Source: Vulcanimicrobiota bacterium (GTDB lineage: Bacteria; Vulcanimicrobiota; Vulcanimicrobiia; Vulcanimicrobiales; Vulcanimicrobiaceae). From it: a stretch of DNA of 64,000 bases. Numbering within the stretch: position 1 is the first letter of the stretch; each line of letters begins with the position of its first letter. The DNA lies in NCBI GenBank assembly GCA_963714015.1, contig OY970223.1:192001-256000 (forward strand), given 5' to 3'. The notes beneath the pieces are model-generated. The model worked only from the letters and a program-made list of their open reading frames with translations, had not been told where the DNA came from and searched no databases. The translations under genes were made by a program, and so were the position numbers. Below are positions 1-10,636 of this stretch, in pieces.

Positions 1-1
1 C

Positions 2-910
2 GACGCGGTGATGATGCAGTATACGCCTTTTCTCTATCCGCCGCGGTCGTTGTATCCGGCGCTGGCATTGCGAGGATTACGCGGTTATCGCCGCATCCTG
101 TACGCGCACGAGTTCTTCTATTCCGCGCAGAGCGTTGCCGTGCGGGGTCGCGCAAAAGCCGCCTACCTCGCGCTGCGCGACAAGGCCGCCCTGAGCGCCG
201 CCGATTGGATCTACGTGGCAGGCACCGCACGGCGCGATGCTTTACTGCAGAAGCTGCCCGCGCTCGCCTCTCGCGTGAAGGTCGTTCCGTTCGGCGCAAA
301 TGTGGAGCCGCGTCTGCCGCTCGCCGGCCGCCGCGTGCCCTATGCGCCCTACCGGCTGACGGCGTTCGGCATCGTCATGGCCCGCCGGCGAATCGAACTG
401 CTCGTGCGCACGATTGCCGCCCTGGCGATCTCGGGCCTCGATGCGCAGCTGACCGTCGTCGGACGCGTACAAGAGCCGCAGTACCGCGAAGAATGCGAAA
501 ACTTGGCGCGCCGCCTGCACGTCGGCGAACGGGTGCGCTTCAGCGGCCCGCTGCCCGGACCGCAATTGGCGGATGAATTCGCGCAGACCGACTTATTCGT
601 GCACGCCGCCGCCGAAGGAGCGATTCCGTCCGCCGGAAGTTTGCTGGCCGCGCTTGCGCACGGCGTTCCGGTCCTTTGTGCTCGCACCGATTCCGACGAT
701 GCGCTGTTTTCCGATGCTGCCGTTATCGCCGAAGCAGATCCGGATGCACTCGCCTCAGCAGCGCGTGCGCTTTTAACGAACGCCGAAGAGCTTCAGCGCC
801 GCGCCGGACTTTGCCGCAAACTCTACGAGCGCGAGTTCGGTTGGCCCCGGATGGCGGACGCCATCGCGCGAGACTCGGCGCACGACGTCCCGATCTATGC
901 CGCGCTGTAA
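2..910 (+). CDS. Glycosyltransferase family 4 (5' truncated by window edge)
   Basis: GT-B C-terminal motifs (FG...RRRIELLV, FVHAA..EGA..S..LLAALAHGVPVL); frame is open to the window start. Confidence 0.8.
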   Translation, partial: DAVMMQYTPFLYPPRSLYPALALRGLRGYRRILYAHEFFYSAQSVAVRGRAKAAYLALRDKAALSAADWIYVAGTARRDALLQKLPALASRVKVVPFGANVEPRLPLAGRRVPYAPYRLTAFGIVMARRRIELLVRTIAALAISGLDAQLTVVGRVQEPQYREECENLARRLHVGERVRFSGPLPGPQLADEFAQTDLFVHAAAEGAIPSAGSLLAALAHGVPVLCARTDSDDALFSDAAVIAEADPDALASAARALLTNAEELQRRAGLCRKLYEREFGWPRMADAIARDSAHDVPIYAAL

Positions 911-1872
911 ATCGCGGTTTGTCTGACGAACCAGGCGACGGTCTTGGCGATGCCCTCGTCCACACTGGTCGACGGCGCCCATCCGTACTGCCGGGCGCGC
1001 GCGAGATCCGGCCGGCGGCGAGACGGATCTTCCGGCCGCGGCGGCAGCTGCTCCACTTCAAACGGAACGCCGAGCGTTCGCGCCACGCGTGAGGCGATCT
1101 CGTTCACCGAGAGTTCCTCGTCGTTGCCCAGGTTCACCGGAGTCAACTTCGGCATCGCGCATTGCGCGACGTGCAGAATACCTTCCACGACGTCGTCGAC
1201 ATACGTCAGCGAACGAGTTTGCTTGCCGGTCCCGTGAATCGGCAGCGGTTTGCGCTCCATCGCCGCAGTAATCAGCGCCGGAATCAGGCGCCCGTCATCG
1301 GCCTTCATGCGAGGCCCGTAACAGTTGAACAAACGCACGACCCTCGCATTGAGGTTTCGGGAGGCGACGGCAACGGATATCGCCGCCTCACCGAAACGCT
1401 TGCCTTCGTCGTAGCATGCGCGCGGCCCGACCGGGTTCACGTTGCCGAAGTACGTCTCCGGCTGTGGATTGACGAGCGGATCGCCGTAGACTTCCGACGT
1501 GGACGTGTAAACGAGCAGTGCGCCCTGCTCGAGCGCCACCTCTACCAAGGCCATCGTGCCGAGCGCGTTTACCGCGAGCGTCTCCCACGGGCGCGCACCG
1601 TAGGCTTCAGGACTGGCCGGAGAGGCTAAATGATAGATCGCTTCGAGCGGTTCACCGCTCGCGTGGAGTAACTCGGCTTTGATCCGCTCGGCCGGCGAGG
1701 CAACGTCACAGTAGACTAAGGTCGCGCCGCCGCGTTCGATCGCCCACTCCAGATTGCCGATGCAGCCGCTTGAGAGATCGTCCATAACCACGACGTGCTT
1801 TCCGTCTTTGCAAAGCCGATCGACCAAATGACTTCCGACGAACCCGGCACCGCCGGTAACCAAGACAGCCAT
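895..1872 (-). CDS. UDP-glucuronate decarboxylase-like NAD-dependent epimerase/dehydratase (UDP-xylose synthase family)
   Basis: GGAGFVG, HLASPASP, STSEVYGDP, YDEGKR, FNCYGP motifs typical of UXS. Confidence 0.85.
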   Translation of the reverse strand: MAVLVTGGAGFVGSHLVDRLCKDGKHVVVMDDLSSGCIGNLEWAIERGGATLVYCDVASPAERIKAELLHASGEPLEAIYHLASPASPEAYGARPWETLAVNALGTMALVEVALEQGALLVYTSTSEVYGDPLVNPQPETYFGNVNPVGPRACYDEGKRFGEAAISVAVASRNLNARVVRLFNCYGPRMKADDGRLIPALITAAMERKPLPIHGTGKQTRSLTYVDDVVEGILHVAQCAMPKLTPVNLGNDEELSVNEIASRVARTLGVPFEVEQLPPRPEDPSRRRPDLARARQYGWAPSTSVDEGIAKTVAWFVRQTAIYSAA

Positions 1873-1873
1873 G

Positions 1874-3202
1874 TTACGTTGTTTCTCCCTCGACGCGTTT
1901 GGGAAGTGCGACGATGCCTGAAAGTAGCCAGAAGATCTGCGCCACCGGCGCGTACTCGAACGATCCTTGCGTCCATATCCCGCTCACGAGCAATGCGCCT
2001 TGCAGCGATGCAAAGGTGATGTAGGCGGCGCGCGATTCGATCGACTTGGCCGCTCGCGAAGCGCGAACGGCGAGCATGAAGAACGTACCTTGACAGAGCA
2101 GCAAGACCACCACACCCGGTATCCCCGATTGATACAGGGTAGCGTAGTATAAATTGTCGACGAGCAACGGTGGTTGGCCGCTGTTCTTGTTCAGACGGCC
2201 TCCGGCTCCGGTGGATCCCAAGCCCATCCCGAACAAATGCCGCGGCAGCGTCATCAGCACGATGTGTTCGCTGCGCCGGCGGGTCTCCGCGCTGTAATCG
2301 ATGTTCGCCGAGCCGTAGCGCGTGCTCAGAAGGCCGCCTCCGGCGCGCAGGGCGAGCGGAATCGCGAGCAGCAGAATACTGAACGCGAGCACGGCCGGCA
2401 CGCGCATCGAACGGTGGCGCCACGATAGGACCAAGAAGACGAGCAGGCCGCCGCCCAACGCGGCGGACGACGCGCGAGAGCCCGACAAGAGCAGCGCAAT
2501 TGCCATGCAGGGCAGGCAGATCGCGAACCAAAGCCGCCCTAAACCGCGCGACCGCGCAAGCGCACCGGCCGCCAGAATAAATCCGGCGCACATCGCAAGC
2601 CCGAGCGATGCCGGATCGACGAGCGTTCCGTACGCGCGCATGAACTGCGCCGCCAACCCCCCGCCGTCCGGCGTTTGGTATGACGAAAACTTCTGCGAGA
2701 GGGCAAAGAGTGAAGGCGAGATTGAGTTCCACGTGTCGGGCGCAATGCTTTGAAAGATTCCCGCCAGCGCCGGAATCATCATGAAGAGGATCGCCGCATT
2801 GATGGTGTTCGTCACCCGCCTGGGATTGGTGAAGTAGACGACGCCGACCACGAACAGCAGCGCAAACAGCAGCAGCGCGCGAAATCCGGCAACGCCGGAC
2901 ATCATATCCGATTGTGCCGGATTGATGATCTGCGCGGTCATGTACCCAACGTAAAGGCCCCAAGCCCAAAGACCTTGCCATTTCCCTTGCGGACGGTCCC
3001 ACGGCTTGAGCGCGATCGTCAGCAACGCCGCTACGAGGAGAAAGACGAGCGCGCTGTCCTTGAGCACGAAGAAGACCGGATTGCCGTGCGTGTTTTTCAG
3101 AAACCCGTCGACGCACGAAATGAACAGCAGGGAGATGCCGACGGCCGCCGTGGCCATCACCCTGCGGTTCGGTCGTTGACTAACGAGTTGCAACGACCTC
3201 AC
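1874..3202 (-). CDS. Wzy polymerase / O-antigen ligase family membrane protein
   Basis: Many TM segments, RAYGTL, SGSR, GMGLG, DNLY motifs; EPS context. Confidence 0.75.
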   Translation of the reverse strand: MRSLQLVSQRPNRRVMATAAVGISLLFISCVDGFLKNTHGNPVFFVLKDSALVFLLVAALLTIALKPWDRPQGKWQGLWAWGLYVGYMTAQIINPAQSDMMSGVAGFRALLLFALLFVVGVVYFTNPRRVTNTINAAILFMMIPALAGIFQSIAPDTWNSISPSLFALSQKFSSYQTPDGGGLAAQFMRAYGTLVDPASLGLAMCAGFILAAGALARSRGLGRLWFAICLPCMAIALLLSGSRASSAALGGGLLVFLVLSWRHRSMRVPAVLAFSILLLAIPLALRAGGGLLSTRYGSANIDYSAETRRRSEHIVLMTLPRHLFGMGLGSTGAGGRLNKNSGQPPLLVDNLYYATLYQSGIPGVVVLLLCQGTFFMLAVRASRAAKSIESRAAYITFASLQGALLVSGIWTQGSFEYAPVAQIFWLLSGIVALPKRVEGETT

Positions 3203-3878
3203 CCGCCGTCGCCACTATGGGGAGCGTAGGAAGCGTCATCACCGGTTCTACCGTCGTTTCGGGCACGGCCGGCGCTTCGGCTCCGGCGCGCATTGCCGGT
3301 TCCGGACGTCGATCGGTCGCGCGTCCGATAGCGACGACGCCGAGAATCGATCCGCCTACGTGCCGCAGCGACGCCATGAGTTCTTGATCGGCGCGCGCCG
3401 GTTTGCGTCCGAAGCGGAAGCCCAGAATCACCCCTTGACTGCCGGCGGCGAACTGCATTGCCATCGGATTGTTGGCGATGACGCCGGCGCTGATAATCGT
3501 CACGTCGTAACTGCTGCGCAGGTCGCCCAGGATCGAGCACAATTTAACGAACGAGGTGTTGGTATGCGGCGCATTCTTCGCAACGGCCACCGCGGACAAA
3601 TTCTTGATCGTGCCGTTGACGGCGCTCTTCGGAATAGCCGCGATCTCCGAGGCAGCCGGGACCTTTAGTCCGAGTTCATCCTTGAGCATTTCGCCGCCGT
3701 ACGGATCCACCACGACGGTTCGATAGCCGGCTTCGGCGAACGCTTTGCTCAAGTTGCCCGCGACCATCCCGGGATCGTCCTCTTCGGTCGCGGCCCCCAC
3801 CACGACAATGGCCGGCATCGTGAGTGCCGCTTCGAGGGTGACGCGCAGTGCCGCGTATTCTTCGCTTACGGGTTTCAT
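3180..3878 (-). CDS. Wzc/CpsD-like BY-kinase domain protein with degenerate Walker motifs
   Basis: SEEYAALRVTL, NLSKAFAEAGYRTVVVD and YDVTII match the CapB/CpsD pattern; follows the co-polymerase gene. Confidence 0.65.
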   Translation of the reverse strand: MKPVSEEYAALRVTLEAALTMPAIVVVGAATEEDDPGMVAGNLSKAFAEAGYRTVVVDPYGGEMLKDELGLKVPAASEIAAIPKSAVNGTIKNLSAVAVAKNAPHTNTSFVKLCSILGDLRSSYDVTIISAGVIANNPMAMQFAAGSQGVILGFRFGRKPARADQELMASLRHVGGSILGVVAIGRATDRRPEPAMRAGAEAPAVPETTVEPVMTLPTLPIVATAGEVVATR

Positions 3879-3894
3879 GTTGAATGGCTCCTGA

Positions 3895-5223
3895 CTAGTC
3901 GGTGGTGATGGTCCCGAGCACGGGACGTCCGTAGAGATTCTCGACTGCTGCGACTGTGCGGATCCGCGGATCCATCAGTTCGAGCAGGAACGCTAAGGCG
4001 AATGCCACGATGACGAATCCGCCGAAGGTTCCGACGATCCCGACCATCGTGCGTTTGTCGATCGATTGAAAGGCCATGGACGCGCGGTCGATGATGGCGA
4101 CGGAACCAACGTCCGCTTCTTGCGCCGTCGTCGCGAGAACGTCGACGTACTTGCCGGCAAGCGTTTGATACTCGGTGACCATCAGGTCGCGCTGGCGCCG
4201 CAAATCACCGAGCTTCACGCCCATGCCCGGCACCGCTTGAAGATGATCTTCGGTTTGCGCGATTTGACTGTCGATGGCGTTCACGCGCGCGGTGTCGGAC
4301 GCAAGTTTGGCGTCGACGCTACCCTGAGCGGAGAGCGCCGCGACGTAGGAGGGGCTGACAGTGGTCTTGGATGTCAGCGCCGATTGCTGCGCCGCCGCCA
4401 GCTGAGCTTTCTCTTGCGCAACCGTCGCTTGAAGACCGGGCAGGCCCGGGTAGCCGTTCCTGTAGTCGGACCGCATCGTCGCAAGCTCTGCTTCGTCGGA
4501 AGATGCTTGCGCCTTCAGCTTTTCATAGTACGGATCGCTCGCGGCCTTCTCTTGCTCGATAACCGGTGCGATCTCGGCAAGATGCCGGGCTAGGGCTGCC
4601 CCTTGCGCGCGGTCGCCGATCATCTCCGCCTGAAGGCTGTCACGCTGGCTCTGCAGGCCGACGATCTGCTGCGCGAGGGCCTGCGCCGCGTCGCTGTCGG
4701 CATTGTACGGGTCCTGGATCGTCGCCTGCTGCAGCTTCGCATCGACTTTCTCGATCTGGGCGCGCTTCAGGTCCATTTGTTTCTGCAAGTAACTCGAAAC
4801 GACGTCGAAGCGCTGCGAGGCGATCTGCTTGTAATACTTCTCCAGTTCTATGGCCGCTGCGTTCGCGCCCCGGACCGCCTCTCTCGGTGAACGATCGCTA
4901 TACGCGATCGGCATCACGTTCGAGCCGAAATTCACGTGCGCGACGATTCGGCCCTGAATGACGGGCAACGGCACGTCCTCATGGAGGTTACGCTTGACGC
5001 CCTCCAGCACGACGGAACTCGTAGCGAGCGTCTGCAAGTCGATCCCGGTGGTGATCGGAGAACCGCCTGCGTGCACGCCGATCGCAAGAACTTGCGCCGT
5101 CGCCGTGTACTGCTTCGGCGACGTCGCGAAGATCGCCGCAGCGAGCACGAAGCCGATGACCACGACGTACGCGATCAGCCACTTACGGCGCTTGAGAATG
5201 TCTATTACGGTTCCAAAATCCAT
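3895..5223 (-). CDS. Polysaccharide co-polymerase (Wzz/GumC/Wzc N-terminal part)
   Basis: ILKRRKWLI followed by a TM, Y.ATA motif, coiled-coil middle, second TM and DPRIRT. Confidence 0.8.
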   Translation of the reverse strand: MDFGTVIDILKRRKWLIAYVVVIGFVLAAAIFATSPKQYTATAQVLAIGVHAGGSPITTGIDLQTLATSSVVLEGVKRNLHEDVPLPVIQGRIVAHVNFGSNVMPIAYSDRSPREAVRGANAAAIELEKYYKQIASQRFDVVSSYLQKQMDLKRAQIEKVDAKLQQATIQDPYNADSDAAQALAQQIVGLQSQRDSLQAEMIGDRAQGAALARHLAEIAPVIEQEKAASDPYYEKLKAQASSDEAELATMRSDYRNGYPGLPGLQATVAQEKAQLAAAQQSALTSKTTVSPSYVAALSAQGSVDAKLASDTARVNAIDSQIAQTEDHLQAVPGMGVKLGDLRRQRDLMVTEYQTLAGKYVDVLATTAQEADVGSVAIIDRASMAFQSIDKRTMVGIVGTFGGFVIVAFALAFLLELMDPRIRTVAAVENLYGRPVLGTITTD

Positions 5224-5235
5224 GACGCTCTACTT

Positions 5236-6547
5236 TCAAACGGCGTTGGCAAGTGAGATCTGTTCGTTGAGTACGCTTCGACCGATTCCGCGATAAAGTA
5301 ATCCCGCCGAGGCGATCCGTTCGGGATCCAGGAGATTGCGGCCGTCCACCACCAAACGCCCGCGCAGGCGCCCGGCATACTCGGCCGGGTCGATTGCCGC
5401 GAACATCGGCCATTCGGTGAGCACGAGCAGCGCGTCCGCATCGGTGACGGCCAGGGGCGAGTTGAGAACCTTGCAGGGAACGTTCATCGGAAGTGCATGC
5501 ACGCCCGGATCGTACGCTTGCAGCGTCGCACCGCGCGCCGCCAAGTCGCGAATAATGCGCAGAGCCAGCGAGTCGCGGACGTCGTTAGTACCCGCTTTGA
5601 ACGCGAGTCCCCAAATGCCGATCGTTCGTCCCGCGAGATCCCCGAGTTCCGCCTCCAGCGCTTGGACGACGACGTTCGGCTGCCGATCGTTTACTTCTAG
5701 AATCGCAGTGAGCAAAGAGCGGCCGGCGCCCAAACGGGTGGCGACGTGATGCAGGCTTTTCACGTCTTTTTCGAAGCAAGGGCCGCCGAAACCGATTCCC
5801 GGATTCAGAAACAACGACCCGATACGCTTGTCGTAGCCGACGCCGCGCAGCACGTCGTCGGCGCTGGCGTCGGTCTTGGCGCAAAAGTTCGCGACTTCGT
5901 TCGCGAAGTCTGATCTTGAGCGCCAAGAATGCATTGGACCACCCTTTGATCAGCTCCGCTTCCCGTAATTCCGTGATCAAGATCGGGCGGTGCAGCGCCT
6001 CGAAGAGCCGCGCATACGCGATTGCCGCTCCGTTGCGCCGGCAGCCGATCACGATGCGATCGGGATGCAGAAAATCGTTGAGGGCCGTGCCCTCGCGCAG
6101 GAATTCCGGATGGTAGAGGACCGTGTGCCGGCCATGCAGCCGCCGTTCGATCAGATCGCTGGTCCCGACCGGGACCGTGGAACGAACGACGACGATCGAC
6201 CACTTCGGAAGCTGCGCGTCCAAAATGGCTTGAATCGCCGCATCGAGCCCGCTTAAATCCGCCGAACCGTCCTCGGATGCGGGCGTCCCCACCGTCAGGA
6301 CGATGAAGCGCGCACCCTCGAGCGCCGATGCGGGATCGTCTACGAATGAAATGCGGTCCGAGGCGAGATGTTTGTGCAGCATCTCGGTAATACCGGCCTC
6401 GTGGTACGGCGTAACGCCCGCACGCAGTCCGGCGATCCTATCGCGCAGGACGTCGTAGCCGACGACTTTGCAGCCGAGTTCGGCGAAACCGATTGCGGAA
6501 GCCATGCCGACGTAACCCGTGCCGACGATACAGATTTTGCTTTCCAT
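5236..6547 (-). CDS. ugd: UDP-glucose 6-dehydrogenase (1-nt frameshift near 5909)
   Basis: GTGYVG, PEFLREG, GFGGPCF, GLAFK motifs across two ORFs; removing one base restores LKISFANE. Confidence 0.9.
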
Positions 6548-6554
6548 GCGTTCT

Positions 6555-7163
6555 CTAAAAGGCTCCGTTGGCAGAGATGACGGCTTTGAAAGTACGGGCC
6601 AGAAGAATTCCGTCCGTGATCGGTGAGGCCGTTTCGATGTAGTGAAGATCGAGCAGTGTCGCTTCGGGGAGCGCCAGCGGCAGATTCGAACGCTCGCTGA
6701 TTTGCCAAAGCCCCGTCACGCCGGGCTCGACCAGATGACGCAAATGCTGCCACTTCGCGTACTTTTCGACCACGAAGGGCATCTCGGGCCTCGGCCCGAC
6801 CAGCGACATCTCGCCGCGCAAGACGTTTACGAGCTGCGGCAGCTCGTCGATCGAGGTCTTCCGAAGCAATTTCCCCACCCGCGTGATCCGCTCGTCTTGC
6901 GGGTCTGCCGGCGAGAGTTCGTCGCCGCAGCGCTGTTTGCGCATCGTGCGCAGTTTGTACATGACGAACGGACGCTCGAATTTTCCGATGCGGCGCTGCT
7001 TGAAGACGACCGGAAATCCATCTTCCATCGCGATCGCCGCTACGGCCAGCAACAGCACCGGCGCAGCCGCGCATAGCGCGAGGCTCGCGAGCACGACGTT
7101 CATGAAACGCCGCGCCCGCATGTAAACCCGCCGTTCGCGGTAGACGAGCGTCCGAACGTGCAT
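6555..7163 (-). CDS. Priming sugar transferase (WbaP/WcaJ catalytic domain)
   Basis: KLRTM, RITRVGKLLRKTSIDELPQL, GEMSLVGPRP, PGVTGLWQ. Confidence 0.9.
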   Translation of the reverse strand: MHVRTLVYRERRVYMRARRFMNVVLASLALCAAAPVLLLAVAAIAMEDGFPVVFKQRRIGKFERPFVMYKLRTMRKQRCGDELSPADPQDERITRVGKLLRKTSIDELPQLVNVLRGEMSLVGPRPEMPFVVEKYAKWQHLRHLVEPGVTGLWQISERSNLPLALPEATLLDLHYIETASPITDGILLARTFKAVISANGAF

Positions 7164-7164
7164 T

Positions 7165-8247
7165 CTAGAGGCGTCCACCCGGCAGCAGCCACCGCGCCCA
7201 GACCGCGTTTTGGAAGAACGATTTAAAATCGATCTTGTGGCCTTCGGGCACGAACACGACGTCGCCGTCCTCGATTGCCGGATTGCTCACCGGATTGCCG
7301 TGCTCCAAGTTCGCTAGGTTGTACGAGCGCGTTACGCCGTTATGCTTGACCATAACGGACTTGAGGTCGGCCCATTTGTTCGGTCCGCCTGCGGCATAGA
7401 CCGCACTGGCAAGCGTGAAGTCTTGTTTCAGGACGACTTCTCCGCCGCCGTTCACCGCTCCGATCACTTGAACGTGCTCTTCGGACGGAATCACCAGCGA
7501 ATCTCCGGGCTGCGCCGGAGCGCTGAATTCCGGGCTCGACTGCCCGATGTCGATTTCGGTACCGTTGCGCTTGAGCAGTATCTGTCCGTACGACGCACTG
7601 TCCGTCAATCCGCCGAGCTGATCGATCGCTGCCGAGAGGGGCTGTCCGGCGCTTAGATATGCCATACCGGGTGCTTTGACTGCGCCTTTGACCGAGACTC
7701 CGATCGGGCGATCGACGAACGTAATACGATCGCCGGGCTGCAGCGAGGGGCCGGCATCGCCGGTGGATTTCAGGGTTTCGATATCGTATGGGCCGAGCGC
7801 AAAACCGTCGCGGACGACCTTGACGCGTGTCGTGTCGCCGCGCGAGACGGACAGCGAGCACGTACACTCTTTCTCGATCTCGCCCATAGCGTTGAGCAGC
7901 GTCTCGCCGGGGCGATACTGCAGCATTCCGCCGGGGCCGCCGACGACGGACATGTCGAGCGACTGAGAGATGAGTACGACGTCGACGGCCGGATAGCGCA
8001 CGTACGATGCGAGTCGATCCTGAATCCTCGACGCGAGCTCCTTCTCGGTTACTCCGACCGCCGGCACCTCTCCGGCGAGCGGAATGGAAACCAAACCTTC
8101 CGCATTGACGACTGCTTGCGTCGCCAGTTCGGGATGGTTATAGACCGAGATTCGAAGTGTGTCGCCCGGATGGAGCGCCGCCTGGGCGGCGGCACCCATC
8201 GAGAGCGCGAGCACGGTTGCGGCAATTGCGGTACGCCAGAGCTGCAT
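7165..8247 (-). CDS. Polysaccharide export protein (Wza/Poly_export with SLBB domains)
   Basis: Signal peptide, PGDTLRISV, G.VSIPLAGE, repeated V.GAV..PG and L.PGD motifs. Confidence 0.85.
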   Translation of the reverse strand: MQLWRTAIAATVLALSMGAAAQAALHPGDTLRISVYNHPELATQAVVNAEGLVSIPLAGEVPAVGVTEKELASRIQDRLASYVRYPAVDVVLISQSLDMSVVGGPGGMLQYRPGETLLNAMGEIEKECTCSLSVSRGDTTRVKVVRDGFALGPYDIETLKSTGDAGPSLQPGDRITFVDRPIGVSVKGAVKAPGMAYLSAGQPLSAAIDQLGGLTDSASYGQILLKRNGTEIDIGQSSPEFSAPAQPGDSLVIPSEEHVQVIGAVNGGGEVVLKQDFTLASAVYAAGGPNKWADLKSVMVKHNGVTRSYNLANLEHGNPVSNPAIEDGDVVFVPEGHKIDFKSFFQNAVWARWLLPGGRL

Positions 8248-8269
8248 GATTCATCAATCCCGTTTCGGT

Positions 8270-9244
8270 TTAGGGTGTATTGAACGTCGTGATCGGCGAG
8301 ACGGCGAAGTCGATCTCTCCGGGAAGCTTCGGCGCCTGAACGGCACCTTGCGACGTGTAGACGTTGATGTACGGAACGTCGGAAGAGATCAGCATCACCT
8401 GGTACTGCGCCTTCGAGTAGAAATTGCCGGCCTCGACGCACTCGCTCGTCGAATTGGTGATCACGAAGCCGACCGTGATGAAACCGTTCTTCGGATTGTT
8501 GTTGAAGTGCGTAAGGAAATCCAAGAAGTATTCGTCGGATCCGGCCACCGGGTTCCAACTAACGTAAGCACTGCCCGCAGGGCATCCCGCCAGCGCGTTG
8601 CCTTTGAACGTTACCGAGGCCGCGGTTTGTCCTCCCAACATCGGCGCGTTCTGGGAGAGCAGGAACGACGCAGAACCGGCCGGCTTGGGAACGTTAGCGG
8701 CGTACGTGCCGCCGTGGTTTGAAGAGTCTTGATTTGCTTTATCGCCGATCAGCAACACTGTCGTGGAGGCCTTAGCCGGGAACGGCTGGCCCTTGATCCA
8801 TAACGGATTGCTGACCGTCATGTTATACGGTTTGGGGAGCTTCGGATTGTCGTTCGAGCACTCGCACAAACCGCTCGAGTCCCGGAACGTCATCAAGAAA
8901 GCGACTGCGGGTTCGATCTTGTTCTTCGCGCGCAAAATTGAAGCGGTTCCGCCGGTGACCTGCAGGCTGAACTTCGGCCCCGGGTTTTGGGAGAGCGTGT
9001 GGACCGATTGCATCGAGCGCACAGAGAGCGGCTGCGCGGTGTATCCGGCGTCCTGCTCCAGCTCGCTGAGCACGTCCGAACCGTCCAGGCTGAAGAGATC
9101 TTCGGCTGTGATGCTTTGGCTCTGCGGACTACCGCTGCCGCCGGAGTTGGCATTGGAGATGGCGCTCGATGCGCCGCCTCCGCTGCATCCGGTAAGCACG
9201 AGCAAAAGAGCAACCGACCCTAACCAGAAAGCATTTTTATGCAT
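8270..9244 (-). CDS. Hypothetical lipoprotein
   Basis: Lipobox LTG-C after a hydrophobic stretch, Ser/Gly linker; GGAG RBS before MHKNAF. Confidence 0.65.
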   Translation of the reverse strand: MHKNAFWLGSVALLLVLTGCSGGGASSAISNANSGGSGSPQSQSITAEDLFSLDGSDVLSELEQDAGYTAQPLSVRSMQSVHTLSQNPGPKFSLQVTGGTASILRAKNKIEPAVAFLMTFRDSSGLCECSNDNPKLPKPYNMTVSNPLWIKGQPFPAKASTTVLLIGDKANQDSSNHGGTYAANVPKPAGSASFLLSQNAPMLGGQTAASVTFKGNALAGCPAGSAYVSWNPVAGSDEYFLDFLTHFNNNPKNGFITVGFVITNSTSECVEAGNFYSKAQYQVMLISSDVPYINVYTSQGAVQAPKLPGEIDFAVSPITTFNTP

Positions 9245-9375
9245 AAAATTCTCCGGCATCTATAGATTTAAGAATCATAACCAAAGGCCGGCTGCGGCAT
9301 AAGAGCGGCCTGCACCAGGCCGGCAATAGGTATCTCACGACGACGCACAGCGCAGTTGGCGCGAGTCGTATGAGA

Positions 9376-9763
9376 CTAACGGCGTATGCTCAGGTGATAC
9401 TTCAGCGCTAAGCGCGCGCGCAAAAACATCGCACGAAACGGCGATCGCAGAGACGAACGGATTATGCGGCCGCCGCGCCGCACTTCGATGACGGTGCCCA
9501 GCAGCATCCGGGGGTCGACCGTTTCGCGAACGGTCACGCTCGCGTCTCCCGCCGTCAGCAGTGAGGCACCCGTTCCGACGAGCCGGTGAGCTGATCAGCA
9601 AATCGCGGTGTGCAAACACCACAACGTCACCGAAACGCGCCTTGCGATGCGGATCGACCAGCAGCTCGTCGCCGTCACGAATTCCCGGCGCCATACTCTT
9701 GCCGCTCAAACGCATGCGCCAAGGCTGCGTGGGACGTGCCATCGAGAGAACCTCGGCCAGCAT
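9376..9763 (-). CDS. S24/S26 signal-peptidase-like peptidase (1-nt frameshift near 9592)
   Basis: GKSMAP.I.DGD..LV...GDVVVF; after removing one base it reads LLIAHRLVG...TAGDA...LLGTV, the Ser/His S26 pattern. Confidence 0.75.
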
Positions 9764-9765
9764 TA

Positions 9766-10630
9766 CTACGCTACTGCGGATTCGGCGCCCGCGGTGAGCC
9801 GCCCGACGAGCTCGACGCTGTCCTGCGGCGCCCCTAGAGTCAAGGCGTAGAGCCGGCACTTCGAGAGCGCGTTGATCACGCGATCGACGACGCGCAGACG
9901 ATTGCTGTCGATCGTCGTTTGAATCTCGCTGCCGACGGCCATGAAAATCGCTTCCGAAAGCGGCAGTGGACGCGCGCGCGCGCTTCGTCCTCTGCCGACG
10001 ACAAAGAAGAAGGCCGTTCGCTTAGCGGTTGCCGCCCACTCGGAGGTCAGCGTTCCGGAGGGATCGACGCTCTCCCAATTCAGATCGAGCGACGTCAGTC
10101 CGAGCAGCCGCCGGGCGCCGGCGCGGACCGAAAACAGGCGCGGAAAAGCTTCGACTTCGTCGGTCGCGGTATTGACCAACGCAAACTCGTCCGACAGCGG
10201 ACGATTCTCCGGAGAGGCTGAGAATGAGCGCCATCGACGTGGTGCTCTTACCGCTCGTCGTCGGCCCGACTATCACCGCAGCCCGGTCGCCAAGCGCCAC
10301 CGCTCCGGCGTGAAAGACCACAAGTTCCGGACGCAGACGGAAAATGCGCGCGTTGATGGCAAGCATCGCGCGCCCTTCGATCGACGCGGGCGAGAGCCGC
10401 CCCGAGGCAAACGGTTCGTCGTCGAACACGCGGATGAACTCGTCGCCGATCAAAACGCCGGCGGATCGCCCGTGCGTGATAATATACGCGCTAAGTACCG
10501 GATCCGCTGTCGAACGGTTCAGCATGCGCGCATACCGGCGCTCGATAAGCTCGGTAACGCGGTCGTCGTCACACCCAATTTGGACGGGAATGCCCGCGAT
10601 CGATAGGCGTGCGATGACCGAACCCTCCGC
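9766..10630 (-). CDS. HPr-kinase-related P-loop protein (frameshift near 10200; start codon uncertain)
   Basis: FHAGAV...IVGPTTSGKSTT then LSDEFALV...FPR across two ORFs; frame is open up to about 10630. Confidence 0.7.
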
Positions 10631-10636
10631 TCAGTC

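Noticed and set aside
5236..6547. Labelling ugd and other split genes as pseudogenes or programmed frameshifts
   Set aside because: Isolated 1-nt indels with no in-frame stops or other decay, also in housekeeping genes, and no slippery motifs; best explained as sequencing error.
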